Source: Escherichia phage ECO4
Sequence record: NC_054911.1
Direction: 5' to 3' (one strand)
DNA length: 64,000 nucleotides
Positions 45,134-56,156 of the stretch are shown here, in pieces. A program made the translations under genes and the position numbers. The notes beneath the pieces are model-generated. The model was not told the DNA's origin and did no database searches. It was given only the letters and a program-made list of their open reading frames with translations. The first letter of the stretch is position 1. Each line of letters begins with the position of its first letter.

Positions 45134-45625
45134 ATGTTTGTAGATGATGTAACACGAGCGTTTGAATCTGGTGATTTTGCTCGACCTAACTTATTCCAAG
45201 TAGAAATTTCTTATCTTGGACAAAATTTTACGTTCCAATGTAAAGCCACTGCTTTACCAGCTGGTATTGTAGAAAAAATTCCAGTCGGATTTATGAACCG
45301 TAAAATTAACGTAGCAGGTGATCGTACATTCGATGACTGGACTGTTACAGTAATGAACGATGAAGCTCATGATGCTCGCCAGAAGTTTGTTGATTGGCAA
45401 AGCATTGCTGCTGGTCAAGGAAACGAAATTACTGGTGGAAAACCTGCAGAGTATAAAAAGAGCGCTATTGTTCGTCAATATGCTCGTGATGCTAAAACAG
45501 TAACAAAAGAAATTGAAATTAAAGGTCTGTGGCCTACTAACGTGGGTGAACTTCAATTAGATTGGGATTCAAACAATGAAATCCAAACCTTTGAAGTAAC
45601 TCTTGCTCTCGATTATTGGGAATAA
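45134..45625 (+). CDS. 19: tail tube protein
   Basis: 163 aa; position. Confidence 0.95.
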   Translation: MFVDDVTRAFESGDFARPNLFQVEISYLGQNFTFQCKATALPAGIVEKIPVGFMNRKINVAGDRTFDDWTVTVMNDEAHDARQKFVDWQSIAAGQGNEITGGKPAEYKKSAIVRQYARDAKTVTKEIEIKGLWPTNVGELQLDWDSNNEIQTFEVTLALDYWE

Positions 45626-45630
45626 AATGA

Positions 45631-45648
45631 ATGGGGAGAAATCCCCAT
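45631..45648 (+). terminator. stem-loop with GAAA tetraloop (ATGGGGA-GAAA-TCCCCAT) after gene 19
   Basis: Read directly. Confidence 0.5.
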
Positions 45649-45657
45649 CCTGCTTAA

Positions 45658-47282
<1,625 letters not shown>

Positions 47283-47283
<1 letters not shown>

Positions 47284-47531
47284 TGGAAGGTTTAATTGAA
47301 GCTATTAAATCAAACGACCTCGTAGCCGCTCGTAAATTATTTGCTGAAGCCATGGCTGCAAGAACGATTGATTTAATTAAAGAAGAAAAAATCGCTATCG
47401 CTCGTAATTTCTTAATTGAAGGTGAAGAACCTGAAGACGAGGATGAAGATGATGACGAAGATGGTGATGATAAAGACGACAAAAAAGACAAAGACTCTGA
47501 CGAAGATGACGAAGACGAGGATGATGAATAA
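47283..47531 (+). CDS. 67: gp67 prohead core protein with poly-acidic C-terminus
   Basis: 82 aa; Asp/Glu-rich tail. Confidence 0.8.
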
Positions 47532-47956
47532 TGCTTCTGATCCCTGAAACTCATGAATTAGTTCTCGAGAATGTCGAAGCACTTATTCCTGAAGCACAGG
47601 GTCGCTTTGACGAATTGTCTTCTGCTTTAAATAAAGACGATATAAATACAATTGTCGAGAATATGCTTGATGATGAAACTGATTTAGCAGTTGCATTAGC
47701 TTCTATTAATGAAAATATGCCGTTAAATGAATTCATCGTTAAACATGTTTCTGCCCGTGGTGAAATTACTCGCACTAAAGATCGCAAAACCCGCGAACGA
47801 AATGCATTTCAAACCACCGGGCTGTCTAAAGCAAAACGTAGACAAATTGCTCGTAAAGCTACCAAAACGAAGATTGCCAATCCAGCAGGTCAATCTCGTG
47901 CTCAGCGTAAGCGTAAAAAAGCTCTTAAACGCCGTAAAGCATTAGGATTAAGCTAA
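47531..47956 (+). CDS. 68: gp68 prohead core protein
   Basis: 141 aa; basic C-terminus. Confidence 0.8.
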
Positions 47957-48594
47957 TGAATGAACCCCAATTACTAATTGAAACTTGGGGTCAACCTGGC
48001 GAAATTATTGATGGTGTGCCAATGCTTGAATCCCACGATGGAAAAGACCTAGGTTTAAAACCGGGTTTATACATCGAAGGAATATTCATGCAAGCGGAAG
48101 TCGTCAATAGAAATAAACGTCTTTATCCAAAACGCATATTAGAAAAAGCGGTAAAAGACTATATCAATGAGCAAGTTTTAACTAAACAAGCTCTCGGAGA
48201 ATTAAATCATCCTCCACGCGCTAATGTTGACCCGATGCAAGCCGCTATCATTATAGAAGATATGTGGTGGAAAGGAAATGACGTATACGGACGAGCTCGT
48301 GTTATTGAAGGTGACCATGGTCCTGGAGATAAATTAGCAGCTAATATTCGTGCCGGATGGATTCCAGGAGTTTCTTCTCGTGGATTAGGTTCATTGACTG
48401 ACACAAATAAAGGTTATCGTATCGTAAACGAAGGATTCAAATTAACTGTAGGTGTTGATGCAGTATGGGGTCCAAGTGCTCCAGATGCATGGGTAACTCC
48501 TAAGGAAATTACCGAATCACAGACGGCGGAAGCCGATACAAGTGCCGATGACGCCTATATGGCTCTCGCAGAGGCCATGAAAAAAGCGTTATAA
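47956..48594 (+). CDS. 21: prohead core protease
   Basis: 212 aa; position. Confidence 0.9.
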   Translation: MNEPQLLIETWGQPGEIIDGVPMLESHDGKDLGLKPGLYIEGIFMQAEVVNRNKRLYPKRILEKAVKDYINEQVLTKQALGELNHPPRANVDPMQAAIIIEDMWWKGNDVYGRARVIEGDHGPGDKLAANIRAGWIPGVSSRGLGSLTDTNKGYRIVNEGFKLTVGVDAVWGPSAPDAWVTPKEITESQTAEADTSADDAYMALAEAMKKAL

Positions 48595-48597
48595 ATA
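48590..48597 (+). promoter_or_regulatory. T4-type late promoter TATAAATA (gene 22)
   Basis: Overlaps the gene 21 stop. Confidence 0.6.
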
Positions 48598-48624
48598 TTA
48601 TTATCTAAACAACAGGACTACAAA

Positions 48625-49434
48625 ATGCTTAAAGAACAACTGATTGCCGAAGCGCAGAAAATTGATGCTTCCGTTGCTCTTGATAGTATTTTCGAATCAG
48701 TTAATATTTCTCCGGAAGCAAAAGAAACTTTCGGCACTGTATTCGAAGCTACCGTCAAGCAGCACGCCGTTAAATTAGCTGAATCTCATATCGCTAAAAT
48801 TGCTGAAAAAGCAGAAGAAGAAGTAGAAAAAAATAAAGAAGAAGCAGAAGAAAAAGCTGAGAAGAAAATCGCTGAGCAAGCTTCTAAATTCCTTGACCAT
48901 CTTGCAAAAGAATGGCTCACTGAAAATAAATTAGCAGTAGATAAAGGTATCAAAGCCGAACTGTTTGAATCCATGCTTGGTGGATTGAAAGAGCTCTTCG
49001 TTGAACACAACGTTGTTGTTCCAGAAGAATCAGTTGATGTTGTAGCTGAAATGGAAGAAGAGCTGCAAGAACATAAAGAAGAATCAGCTCGTCTGTTCGA
49101 AGAACTCAATAAGCGTGACGCATATATCAATTATGTGCAGCGTGAAGTGGCATTGAGCGAAAGTACTAAAGATCTGACTGAGTCTCAAAAAGAAAAAGTC
49201 TCTGCTCTGGTCGAAGGTATTGATTATTCAGATGCATTCTCAAGCAAATTGAGTGCCATCGTAGAAATGGTGAAGAAATCTAATAAAGATGAAAGCACTA
49301 TTACTGAGAGTATAAATACTCCTGATACTGAAGCAGCCGGACTGAATTTCGTCACTGAAGCTGTAGAAGATAAATCTGCACAAGGTGCAGAAGATATTGT
49401 AAGTGTATATGCGAAAGTCGCATCTCGTTTCTAA
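48625..49434 (+). CDS. 22: prohead core scaffold protein
   Basis: 269 aa; Glu/Lys-rich helical scaffold. Confidence 0.9.
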   Translation: MLKEQLIAEAQKIDASVALDSIFESVNISPEAKETFGTVFEATVKQHAVKLAESHIAKIAEKAEEEVEKNKEEAEEKAEKKIAEQASKFLDHLAKEWLTENKLAVDKGIKAELFESMLGGLKELFVEHNVVVPEESVDVVAEMEEELQEHKEESARLFEELNKRDAYINYVQREVALSESTKDLTESQKEKVSALVEGIDYSDAFSSKLSAIVEMVKKSNKDESTITESINTPDTEAAGLNFVTEAVEDKSAQGAEDIVSVYAKVASRF

Positions 49435-49452
49435 TTTTAAAGGTTAACACAA

Positions 49453-51018
49453 ATGACTATCAAAACTAAAGCTGAACTTTTGAACAAATGGAAGCCATTA
49501 CTGGAAGGTGAAGGTTTACCGGAAATTGCTAATAGCAAACAAGCGATTATCGCTAAAATCTTTGAAAACCAGGAAAAAGATTTCCAGACAGCTCCGGAAT
49601 ATAAAGACGAAAAAATTGCTCAGGCATTCGGTTCTTTCTTAACAGAAGCTGAAATTGGTGGTGACCACGGTTACAATGCTACCAACATCGCTGCAGGTCA
49701 GACTTCTGGCGCAGTAACTCAGATTGGCCCAGCTGTTATGGGTATGGTACGTCGTGCTATTCCTAACCTGATTGCTTTCGATATTTGTGGTGTTCAGCCA
49801 ATGAACAGCCCGACTGGCCAGGTATTCGCGCTGCGCGCAGTATATGGTAAAGATCCAATCGCTTCCGGCGCTAAAGAAGCATTCCACCCAATGTATGGTC
49901 CAGATGCAATGTTCTCTGGTCAGGGTGCTGCTAAGAAATTCCCAGCTCTGGCTGCTAGTACTGAAACTGTTGTAGGTGATATCTATACTCACTTCTTCCA
50001 GGAAACCGGTACTGTATATCTGCAAGCTTCAGCTGTTGTGACAATTGATTCTAGTGCAAATGATGCAGCTAAATTAGATGCTGAAATTAAGAAACAAATG
50101 GAAGCAGGTGTACTGGTAGAAATCGCTGAAGGTATGGCTACTTCTATCGCTGAACTCCAGGAAGGTTTTAACGGTTCTACCGATAACCCATGGAATGAAA
50201 TGGGCTTCCGTATCGATAAGCAAGTTATCGAAGCTAAATCTCGTCAGCTGAAAGCTGCTTACTCTATTGAATTAGCACAAGACCTCCGTGCTGTTCACGG
50301 TATGGATGCTGATGCTGAACTGTCTGGTATTCTGGCTACCGAAATCATGCTGGAAATCAACCGCGAAGTTGTTGATTGGATTAACTACTCAGCTCAGGTT
50401 GGTAAATCTGGTATGACCCTGACTCCAGGTTCTAAAGCTGGTGTATTTGACTTCCAGGATCCGATTGATATTCGTGGTGCTCGCTGGGCGGGTGAATCCT
50501 TTAAAGCTCTGTTGTTCCAGATTGACAAAGAAGCAGTTGAAATTGCTCGTCAGACCGGTCGTGGTGAAGGTAACTTCATTATCGCTTCCCGTAACGTAGT
50601 TAACGTTCTGGCTTCAGTTGATACCGGCATTTCTTATGCTGCACAGGGTCTGGCTACCGGCTTTAACACTGATACTACCAAGTCAGTATTTGCTGGTGTT
50701 CTGGGTGGTAAATACCGCGTATATATCGACCAGTATGCTAAACAAGATTATTTCACTGTAGGTTATAAAGGTCCGAACGAAATGGATGCTGGTATTTACT
50801 ATGCTCCATATGTAGCTCTGACTCCGCTGCGTGGTTCCGATCCGAAGAACTTCCAACCAGTAATGGGATTCAAAACTCGTTACGGTATCGGTATCAACCC
50901 ATTTGCAGAATCCGCTGCTCAGGCTCCGGCTTCTCGCATCCAGAGCGGTATGCCTTCTATCCTGAACAGCCTTGGTAAAAACGCTTACTTCCGCCGTGTA
51001 TATGTTAAAGGTATCTAA
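49453..51018 (+). CDS. 23: major capsid protein
   Basis: 521 aa; position; strongly biased codon usage. Confidence 0.95.
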   Translation: MTIKTKAELLNKWKPLLEGEGLPEIANSKQAIIAKIFENQEKDFQTAPEYKDEKIAQAFGSFLTEAEIGGDHGYNATNIAAGQTSGAVTQIGPAVMGMVRRAIPNLIAFDICGVQPMNSPTGQVFALRAVYGKDPIASGAKEAFHPMYGPDAMFSGQGAAKKFPALAASTETVVGDIYTHFFQETGTVYLQASAVVTIDSSANDAAKLDAEIKKQMEAGVLVEIAEGMATSIAELQEGFNGSTDNPWNEMGFRIDKQVIEAKSRQLKAAYSIELAQDLRAVHGMDADAELSGILATEIMLEINREVVDWINYSAQVGKSGMTLTPGSKAGVFDFQDPIDIRGARWAGESFKALLFQIDKEAVEIARQTGRGEGNFIIASRNVVNVLASVDTGISYAAQGLATGFNTDTTKSVFAGVLGGKYRVYIDQYAKQDYFTVGYKGPNEMDAGIYYAPYVALTPLRGSDPKNFQPVMGFKTRYGIGINPFAESAAQAPASRIQSGMPSILNSLGKNAYFRRVYVKGI

Positions 51019-51032
51019 TCTTTGACGATTTA

Positions 51033-51050
51033 AGGGACCTTCGGGTCCCT
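51033..51050 (+). terminator. intrinsic terminator (AGGGACC-TTCG-GGTCCCT plus T-rich tail) after gene 23
   Basis: Read directly. Confidence 0.6.
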
Positions 51051-51066
51051 TTAGTTGTTTTTATGG

Positions 51067-51074
51067 TATAAATA
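51067..51074 (+). promoter_or_regulatory. T4-type late promoter TATAAATA (gene 24)
   Basis: Exact TATAAATA 28 nt before the ATG. Confidence 0.6.
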
Positions 51075-51101
51075 AATCATATAAACTGAAAGGAAAGCGC
51101 A

Positions 51102-52385
51102 ATGGCTAAAATCAACGAACTTCTGCGCGAATCAACCACAACGAATAGCAACTCAATCGGTCGCCCAAATCTCGTTGCTTTGACTCGCGCTACCACTAAA
51201 TTAATATATTCTGACATTGTAGCAACGCAAAGAACTAATCAACCTGTTGCTGCTTTTTATGGTATCAAATACCTTAACCCAGACAATGAATTTACATTTA
51301 AAACTGGTGCTACTTATGCTGGCGAAGCTGGATATGTAGACCGAGAACAAATCACAGAATTAACGGAAGAGTCTAAATTAACTCTTAATAAAGGCGATTT
51401 ATTCAAATATAATAATATCGTTTATAAAGTATTAGAAGATACACCATTTGCTGATATTGAAGAAAGTGATTTAGAATTAGCTCTTCAGATTGCAATTGTT
51501 CTTTTAAAGGTTCGTCTATTTTCTGACGCAGCGTCAACAAGCAAATTTGAAAGCTCTGATAGTGAAATTGCGGATGCTAGATTCCAGATTAATAAATGGC
51601 AAACCGCAGTTAAATCTCGTAAACTTAAAACTGGTATCACAGTTGAATTAGCACAAGATTTAGAAGCAAATGGATTCGATGCTCCTAATTTCTTAGAAGA
51701 TTTGCTTGCAACTGAAATGGCAGATGAAATCAATAAAGATATTCTGCAGTCTTTGATTACAGTATCAAAACGTTATAAAGTTACAGGAATTACTGATACT
51801 GGATTCATTGATTTGAGTTATGCATCTGCACCTGAAGCTGGTCGTTCATTATACCGAATGGTATGTGAAATGGTTTCGCATATCCAAAAAGAATCAACTT
51901 ATACAGCAACGTTTTGTGTTGCTTCAGCTCGTGCCGCTGCGATTCTTGCTGCATCTGGTTGGTTAAAACATAAACCAGAAGATGATAAATATCTTTCACA
52001 AAATGCCTACGGGTTCTTAGCTAATGGTTTACCGCTTTATTGCGATACTAACAGCCCATTAGATTATGTAATCGTTGGCGTAGTAGAAAATATCGGTGAA
52101 AAAGAAATTGTTGGATCAATTTTCTATGCTCCGTATACAGAAGGTCTCGACTTAGATGACCCTGAACATGTAGGTGCATTTAAAGTTGTTGTTGATCCAG
52201 AAAGCTTACAACCGTCTATCGGTTTATTAGTTAGATATGCTTTATCTGCAAATCCTTATACCGTAGCAAAAGATGAAAAAGAAGCAAGAGTAATTGATGG
52301 TGGAGACATGGATAAAATGGCGGGTCGTTCAGATTTGTCTGTTTTATTAGGTGTTAAGCTACCAAAAATTATTATCGATGAATAA
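51102..52385 (+). CDS. 24: capsid vertex protein
   Basis: 427 aa; position. Confidence 0.9.
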   Translation: MAKINELLRESTTTNSNSIGRPNLVALTRATTKLIYSDIVATQRTNQPVAAFYGIKYLNPDNEFTFKTGATYAGEAGYVDREQITELTEESKLTLNKGDLFKYNNIVYKVLEDTPFADIEESDLELALQIAIVLLKVRLFSDAASTSKFESSDSEIADARFQINKWQTAVKSRKLKTGITVELAQDLEANGFDAPNFLEDLLATEMADEINKDILQSLITVSKRYKVTGITDTGFIDLSYASAPEAGRSLYRMVCEMVSHIQKESTYTATFCVASARAAAILAASGWLKHKPEDDKYLSQNAYGFLANGLPLYCDTNSPLDYVIVGVVENIGEKEIVGSIFYAPYTEGLDLDDPEHVGAFKVVVDPESLQPSIGLLVRYALSANPYTVAKDEKEARVIDGGDMDKMAGRSDLSVLLGVKLPKIIIDE

Positions 52386-52388
52386 AAC

Positions 52389-52410
52389 AAAGGGACCTTT
52401 CGGTCCCTTT
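52389..52410. terminator. bidirectional intrinsic terminator (AAAGGGACC-TTTC-GGTCCCTTT) between gene 24 and rnlB
   Basis: 9-bp stem flanked by A-run and T-run. Confidence 0.6.
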
Positions 52411-52414
52411 TTAT

Positions 52415-53419
52415 TTAGCTCACCAACTCAATCCAAGCCGGACGAAGTACATCTTGTACCATTTTAACTAATTCCTTTTTAATCAAAGAAGGATTATCTG
52501 CTTGAGTTAGAGTAATACCTTCACGAGAAGTTTCTTCCAAAATATCTTGGACAGTTAGCCCCATCACCTTTCCAAAATCCTTTGGACCAATTTCGCCAAT
52601 TTTAGAAATAACGTTATTTACTCGGTTCAGTGTAACGTAACAAGCTAAAATTCCCACCAATTTGTTATCAGCTTCTGACAATTCAACTTTAGCTTTAATA
52701 GGCTTATCAGACTTTTTCTTTTCACTAAATTTAGAATTCTTGCATTTGATGGCTACACGATTGCGATTAGGCAGCCAAGAAGGCTAACAAGGTTTCAATA
52801 CATATCCTTCAGCGGTAAATACTTCGCCTTTGGCTTCGGCATTCCAAACGCATTTATTTGCATCAACTAATCCAGCATGGTCTACTGTAAAATTATAATC
52901 TTGGACGACAGAATCTAAATCATTTGGCAATTTAATAAGCTCTTCAAATTTACCGCGACCTAAAAGTGGAGCCATTTTAAATTTAAATGTATTGCAGAAT
53001 GATTCCATCATATAATCATCGACATAAGTCACGTCACCACTTTCTGTAGTGACAATAATGTCAAATACATAAAAATCTTTATCACCATAATCAACATTCT
53101 TCTGAATGCCAGGTCCAGCGAATTCGCCAAAAACTTGATAAGTCACAACAGCTGAAGTTTCCATAATATCTTGTACTGCTTTAATGGAATCAGCGTAATT
53201 CTTTAGAATAATTTCATACCCAAAGAAATCTTCAGCAGGAAGAATCGGTCCAGTACGTTTAGCGCAAGTTACTTTATCACGCTCAATAATCAATGAGAAA
53301 TTTGTGCCGTGAATCTTTTCACGAGCTACCCATTCGCCGCCAGTCAATCCCAAGCTATAAAGTTTTTCAATAAATTTAGAGTTGTAATGATTTTCAAGAC
53401 TGCTATACTTTTTAAACAT
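52415..53419 (-). pseudogene. rnlB: RNA ligase 2 (Rnl2) reading frame interrupted by a single in-frame amber codon (TAG at 52784-52786)
   Basis: N-terminal 211 codons with ligase motif I (KIHGTN), then TAG, then 122 in-frame codons; total 334 equals T4 Rnl2 length. Confidence 0.7.
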
Positions 53420-53428
53420 AATTAATCC

Positions 53429-53707
53429 TCAAAATGTAATTTCTAACCAATCACCATCACGCTGATCACTATTGACTTTAAAATTAAATCCTTCTTTTCT
53501 CAGCCAATCACCAATTTCTTCAGTAATCAATTTATCACGAGCAGTACAATAATAACTAAAATATGTTTTACCTTGTTCAGCTGCTTTATTAGCAAGTTCT
53601 GAAAAATCTTTAATAAAACACTCTAGTTTAAACTGTTTACTTTTTAATGCTTTTTCACGTAATTGATTAGCAAAAGATTCATTTTCATAAAGATCATACT
53701 GTTCCAT
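53429..53707 (-). CDS. hypothetical protein, 92 aa
   Basis: ORF track; ATG at 53705-53707. Confidence 0.5.
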   Translation of the reverse strand: MEQYDLYENESFANQLREKALKSKQFKLECFIKDFSELANKAAEQGKTYFSYYCTARDKLITEEIGDWLRKEGFNFKVNSDQRDGDWLEITF

Positions 53708-53909
53708 TTTTCACCTTTTTATTAATGTGTCTTTTTCTATAGACAACTTTTTCTCGAGTCTCAAATTTATTCTTTGCAGTCATAGCTCGAGCCCATAATA
53801 CAGCCACTTCTTTCGCCTGTAAGTTTAATTCACGAGCAATTTCAATGAATGACTTTCCAGACTCATGAAGTGTAAACACCACAACTTCAGTTCTCATAAT
53901 CAATCTCAT
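53694..53909 (-). CDS. hypothetical small protein, 71 aa, possible helix-turn-helix
   Basis: ORF track. Confidence 0.45.
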   Translation of the reverse strand: MRLIMRTEVVVFTLHESGKSFIEIARELNLQAKEVAVLWARAMTAKNKFETREKVVYRKRHINKKVKNGTV

Positions 53910-53977
53910 GTTATCGAGTTGGTGCCATTATATACATCATTTTCTGATTGTGTTTTGTGTGCTTTCAAAATGAAGAA

Positions 53978-53993
53978 AGGGGCCGAAGCCCCT
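53978..53993 (-). terminator. intrinsic terminator hairpin (AGGGGC-CGAA-GCCCCT) downstream of hoc
   Basis: Same hairpin sequence as 13872-13887; T-rich tail on the minus strand. Confidence 0.5.
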
Positions 53994-53998
53994 TTCGA

Positions 53999-55417
53999 TT
54001 ATGGATAAGTATAGATGATACCAGTTTCTAAAGCAGTTTTATGGATGATGTATCCATTACGTGATTCTTGAACATCAACTTCTGGATAATCTTTCATCAT
54101 CTTCTGAAGCGTATAACGATGCAAGTAGTACTTACTATCTGGATCTTCAGTTTTCCAATCTTTACCTTCTTCAGTCATTTTTTGGATTTCATCCATAACC
54201 CACCAACCGCACCAGATATAAGCTGAAGTACGATGTGGAAGAGGATGAACATAAGGCAATTCACCTTCTGGTTCCGGAGCAACTTTATCAGTTACCTGAA
54301 CTTGACCTGTTGTTTTAACTGTTTTGCTATCATAGTCAGTTGCTGTAACGACAGCAGTAACTTCAATAGTTTGACTTCCAACAGATGAGGTATCAACAGT
54401 ATATACGTTAGTTGACCCTTCTACAGGAGAAGAATCTTTCTTCCATGAGTAAGTAATTTGTGCTTCTTCTGGAGCATCCGTAACATTAGCAGTAAATGTA
54501 GCCGAAGCATCTTGCTGAACGTTAATAGAAGGAGGAGTCAATGTAACCTGTGGATTCATTGTCTTCTTATTAACTGTCAATGATACTTCATTAGAAGTAA
54601 CTTCCTTTTCATTGTAATTTTCTGCTGTTACTTGGGCTACGCATTTAATTCTTTTTACTCCACTTGTAGTTGGAGTATAGCTAAATGTAGAGCTAGTTTC
54701 TCCACCAACTTGTGAATCATCTACATACCACTGATACGTAGCAGATGCTCCATCAGGTTGAGAAGCTAAGGCAGCAGTAAATTGAACTGGGGTTCCAATT
54801 ACTCCAGCTGAAGGACTAGCAGGAGTTACTGCCAATGTAGTTGTCTGTGTCTTTTTATTAACAGTCAGTGATACTTCATTAGAAGTAACGGTTTTTTCAT
54901 CATAATTTGTCGCGGTTACTTGAGCTACACACTTGATTTTTTTAACTCCGCTTGCGGCAGGAGTGTAATTGAATGTAGCAGAAGTCGCTTCGTCTACAGG
55001 AGAACTGTCAACGTACCATTGATACGTAGCAGATGCACCTGATGGCTGCGAAGCTAAAGCAGCGGTAAATTTAACAGCTGTTCCAATTACTCCTGCTGGA
55101 GGACTATTGGGAGTTACGGCTAAGGTAGTCGTCTGAGTTTTGTTTTTGACTGTGATAGTTGTAGTAGCTTCTGCTGTTTCAGCTTCAGATTCTGGAACTG
55201 TATTTGTTGCAACAACTTTAATAGTCTTTTGACCAGCAGGACCTTTTAATACATAATCAAAAGTTGCTTCAGACCCATCTTGTGGAGCATTATCTACACT
55301 CCAAGCATAAGTAATAGTTCCACCTCCAGTTTCACCACTAGGTGCAGCAGTAAACTGCTTGGTTTCATCAATAACTCCTGACGGTGTTTTAGGAGTTATA
55401 TCAACTGTAAAAGCCAT
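53999..55417 (-). CDS. hoc: Hoc outer capsid decoration protein with four Ig-like domains and a C-terminal capsid-binding domain
   Basis: 472 aa; repeated Ig-like modules; C-terminal YVHPLPHRTSAYIWCGWWVMDEIQ region; position before inh. Confidence 0.85.
   Translation of the reverse strand: MAFTVDITPKTPSGVIDETKQFTAAPSGETGGGTITYAWSVDNAPQDGSEATFDYVLKGPAGQKTIKVVATNTVPESEAETAEATTTITVKNKTQTTTLAVTPNSPPAGVIGTAVKFTAALASQPSGASATYQWYVDSSPVDEATSATFNYTPAASGVKKIKCVAQVTATNYDEKTVTSNEVSLTVNKKTQTTTLAVTPASPSAGVIGTPVQFTAALASQPDGASATYQWYVDDSQVGGETSSTFSYTPTTSGVKRIKCVAQVTAENYNEKEVTSNEVSLTVNKKTMNPQVTLTPPSINVQQDASATFTANVTDAPEEAQITYSWKKDSSPVEGSTNVYTVDTSSVGSQTIEVTAVVTATDYDSKTVKTTGQVQVTDKVAPEPEGELPYVHPLPHRTSAYIWCGWWVMDEIQKMTEEGKDWKTEDPDSKYYLHRYTLQKMMKDYPEVDVQESRNGYIIHKTALETGIIYTYP
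54569..55144 (-). repeat. tandem direct duplication of about 288 bp inside hoc (two adjacent Ig-like domain units)
   Basis: Protein units NKKTQTTTLAVTP...VTSNEVSLTV occur twice back to back; DNA units diverged but alignable. Confidence 0.7.
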
Positions 55418-55426
55418 AAGTTATCC

Positions 55427-56107
55427 TTATTTTAATGTTACGAAAGAAGAATTGCGTGTTTCACGAATTAAAACTGATCCGTCGCGATTAATGTAATAAA
55501 TTAAGCTAAACAAAGTTTGGTGTGCTGACGCGTGTTCAAAACTAGTTGGGTGAGATTTCCAATCCGGAGTTTCAGCAATCCACTGGTAAATCCACCAAGG
55601 AACGGTACAGAATCCTGGATTTTTTCCAATCAACTGAAGATTCGGACTAAAGTTTTCCGGAAGAGTAAATACAGACGGCTTTTCAGATTCAATAATCTCA
55701 GCTACAGCCTGTTCGAATTTTTCTTCAACAAAAGGAGTATCTTCAATTAAAACAGTAGTATTTTCAGGAATTTTATCCGTTTCTACTACTTCAATTTTAA
55801 TGTCAGATTTAACCGGAGAATCAATCAGAAGTGCTGCCTCTGGATTGACTTCTTCATCGTCATATTTTAATCCGTCTGCGGCATCAGCAGCATCAATTAA
55901 GTCTTTAATAGATAACCCATCAGTCTCTGGCATAGGTTCACTAGCGAGCTTCTGGAGAGCTTCTTCAATATCATTAACGATATTATCAAAAGATTTATTC
56001 TTTTTGACCTTTATACCAAACTGTTCAGCGTATTCAGCTAATTTAGCTTTAGCTTCTTTATTATCATCAAGAGCCTTCAGCTCTGCAATATAATCTTTAT
56101 CTATCAT
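55427..56107 (-). CDS. inh: Inh inhibitor of prohead protease
   Basis: 226 aa; position after hoc. Confidence 0.8.
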   Translation of the reverse strand: MIDKDYIAELKALDDNKEAKAKLAEYAEQFGIKVKKNKSFDNIVNDIEEALQKLASEPMPETDGLSIKDLIDAADAADGLKYDDEEVNPEAALLIDSPVKSDIKIEVVETDKIPENTTVLIEDTPFVEEKFEQAVAEIIESEKPSVFTLPENFSPNLQLIGKNPGFCTVPWWIYQWIAETPDWKSHPTSFEHASAHQTLFSLIYYINRDGSVLIRETRNSSFVTLK

Positions 56108-56120
56108 AATATTTCCTCAG

Positions 56121-56128
56121 TATAAATA
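56121..56128 (+). promoter_or_regulatory. T4-type late promoter TATAAATA (segE)
   Basis: Exact TATAAATA 29 nt before the segE ATG. Confidence 0.55.
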
Positions 56129-56156
56129 TAGATATATTTATTACTCGGAAAATAGT

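Noticed and set aside
48786-50025. Minus-strand ORFs of 114 and 128 aa inside genes 22 and 23
   Set aside because: Antisense to highly expressed, well-supported late structural genes; serine/cysteine-rich shadow frames.
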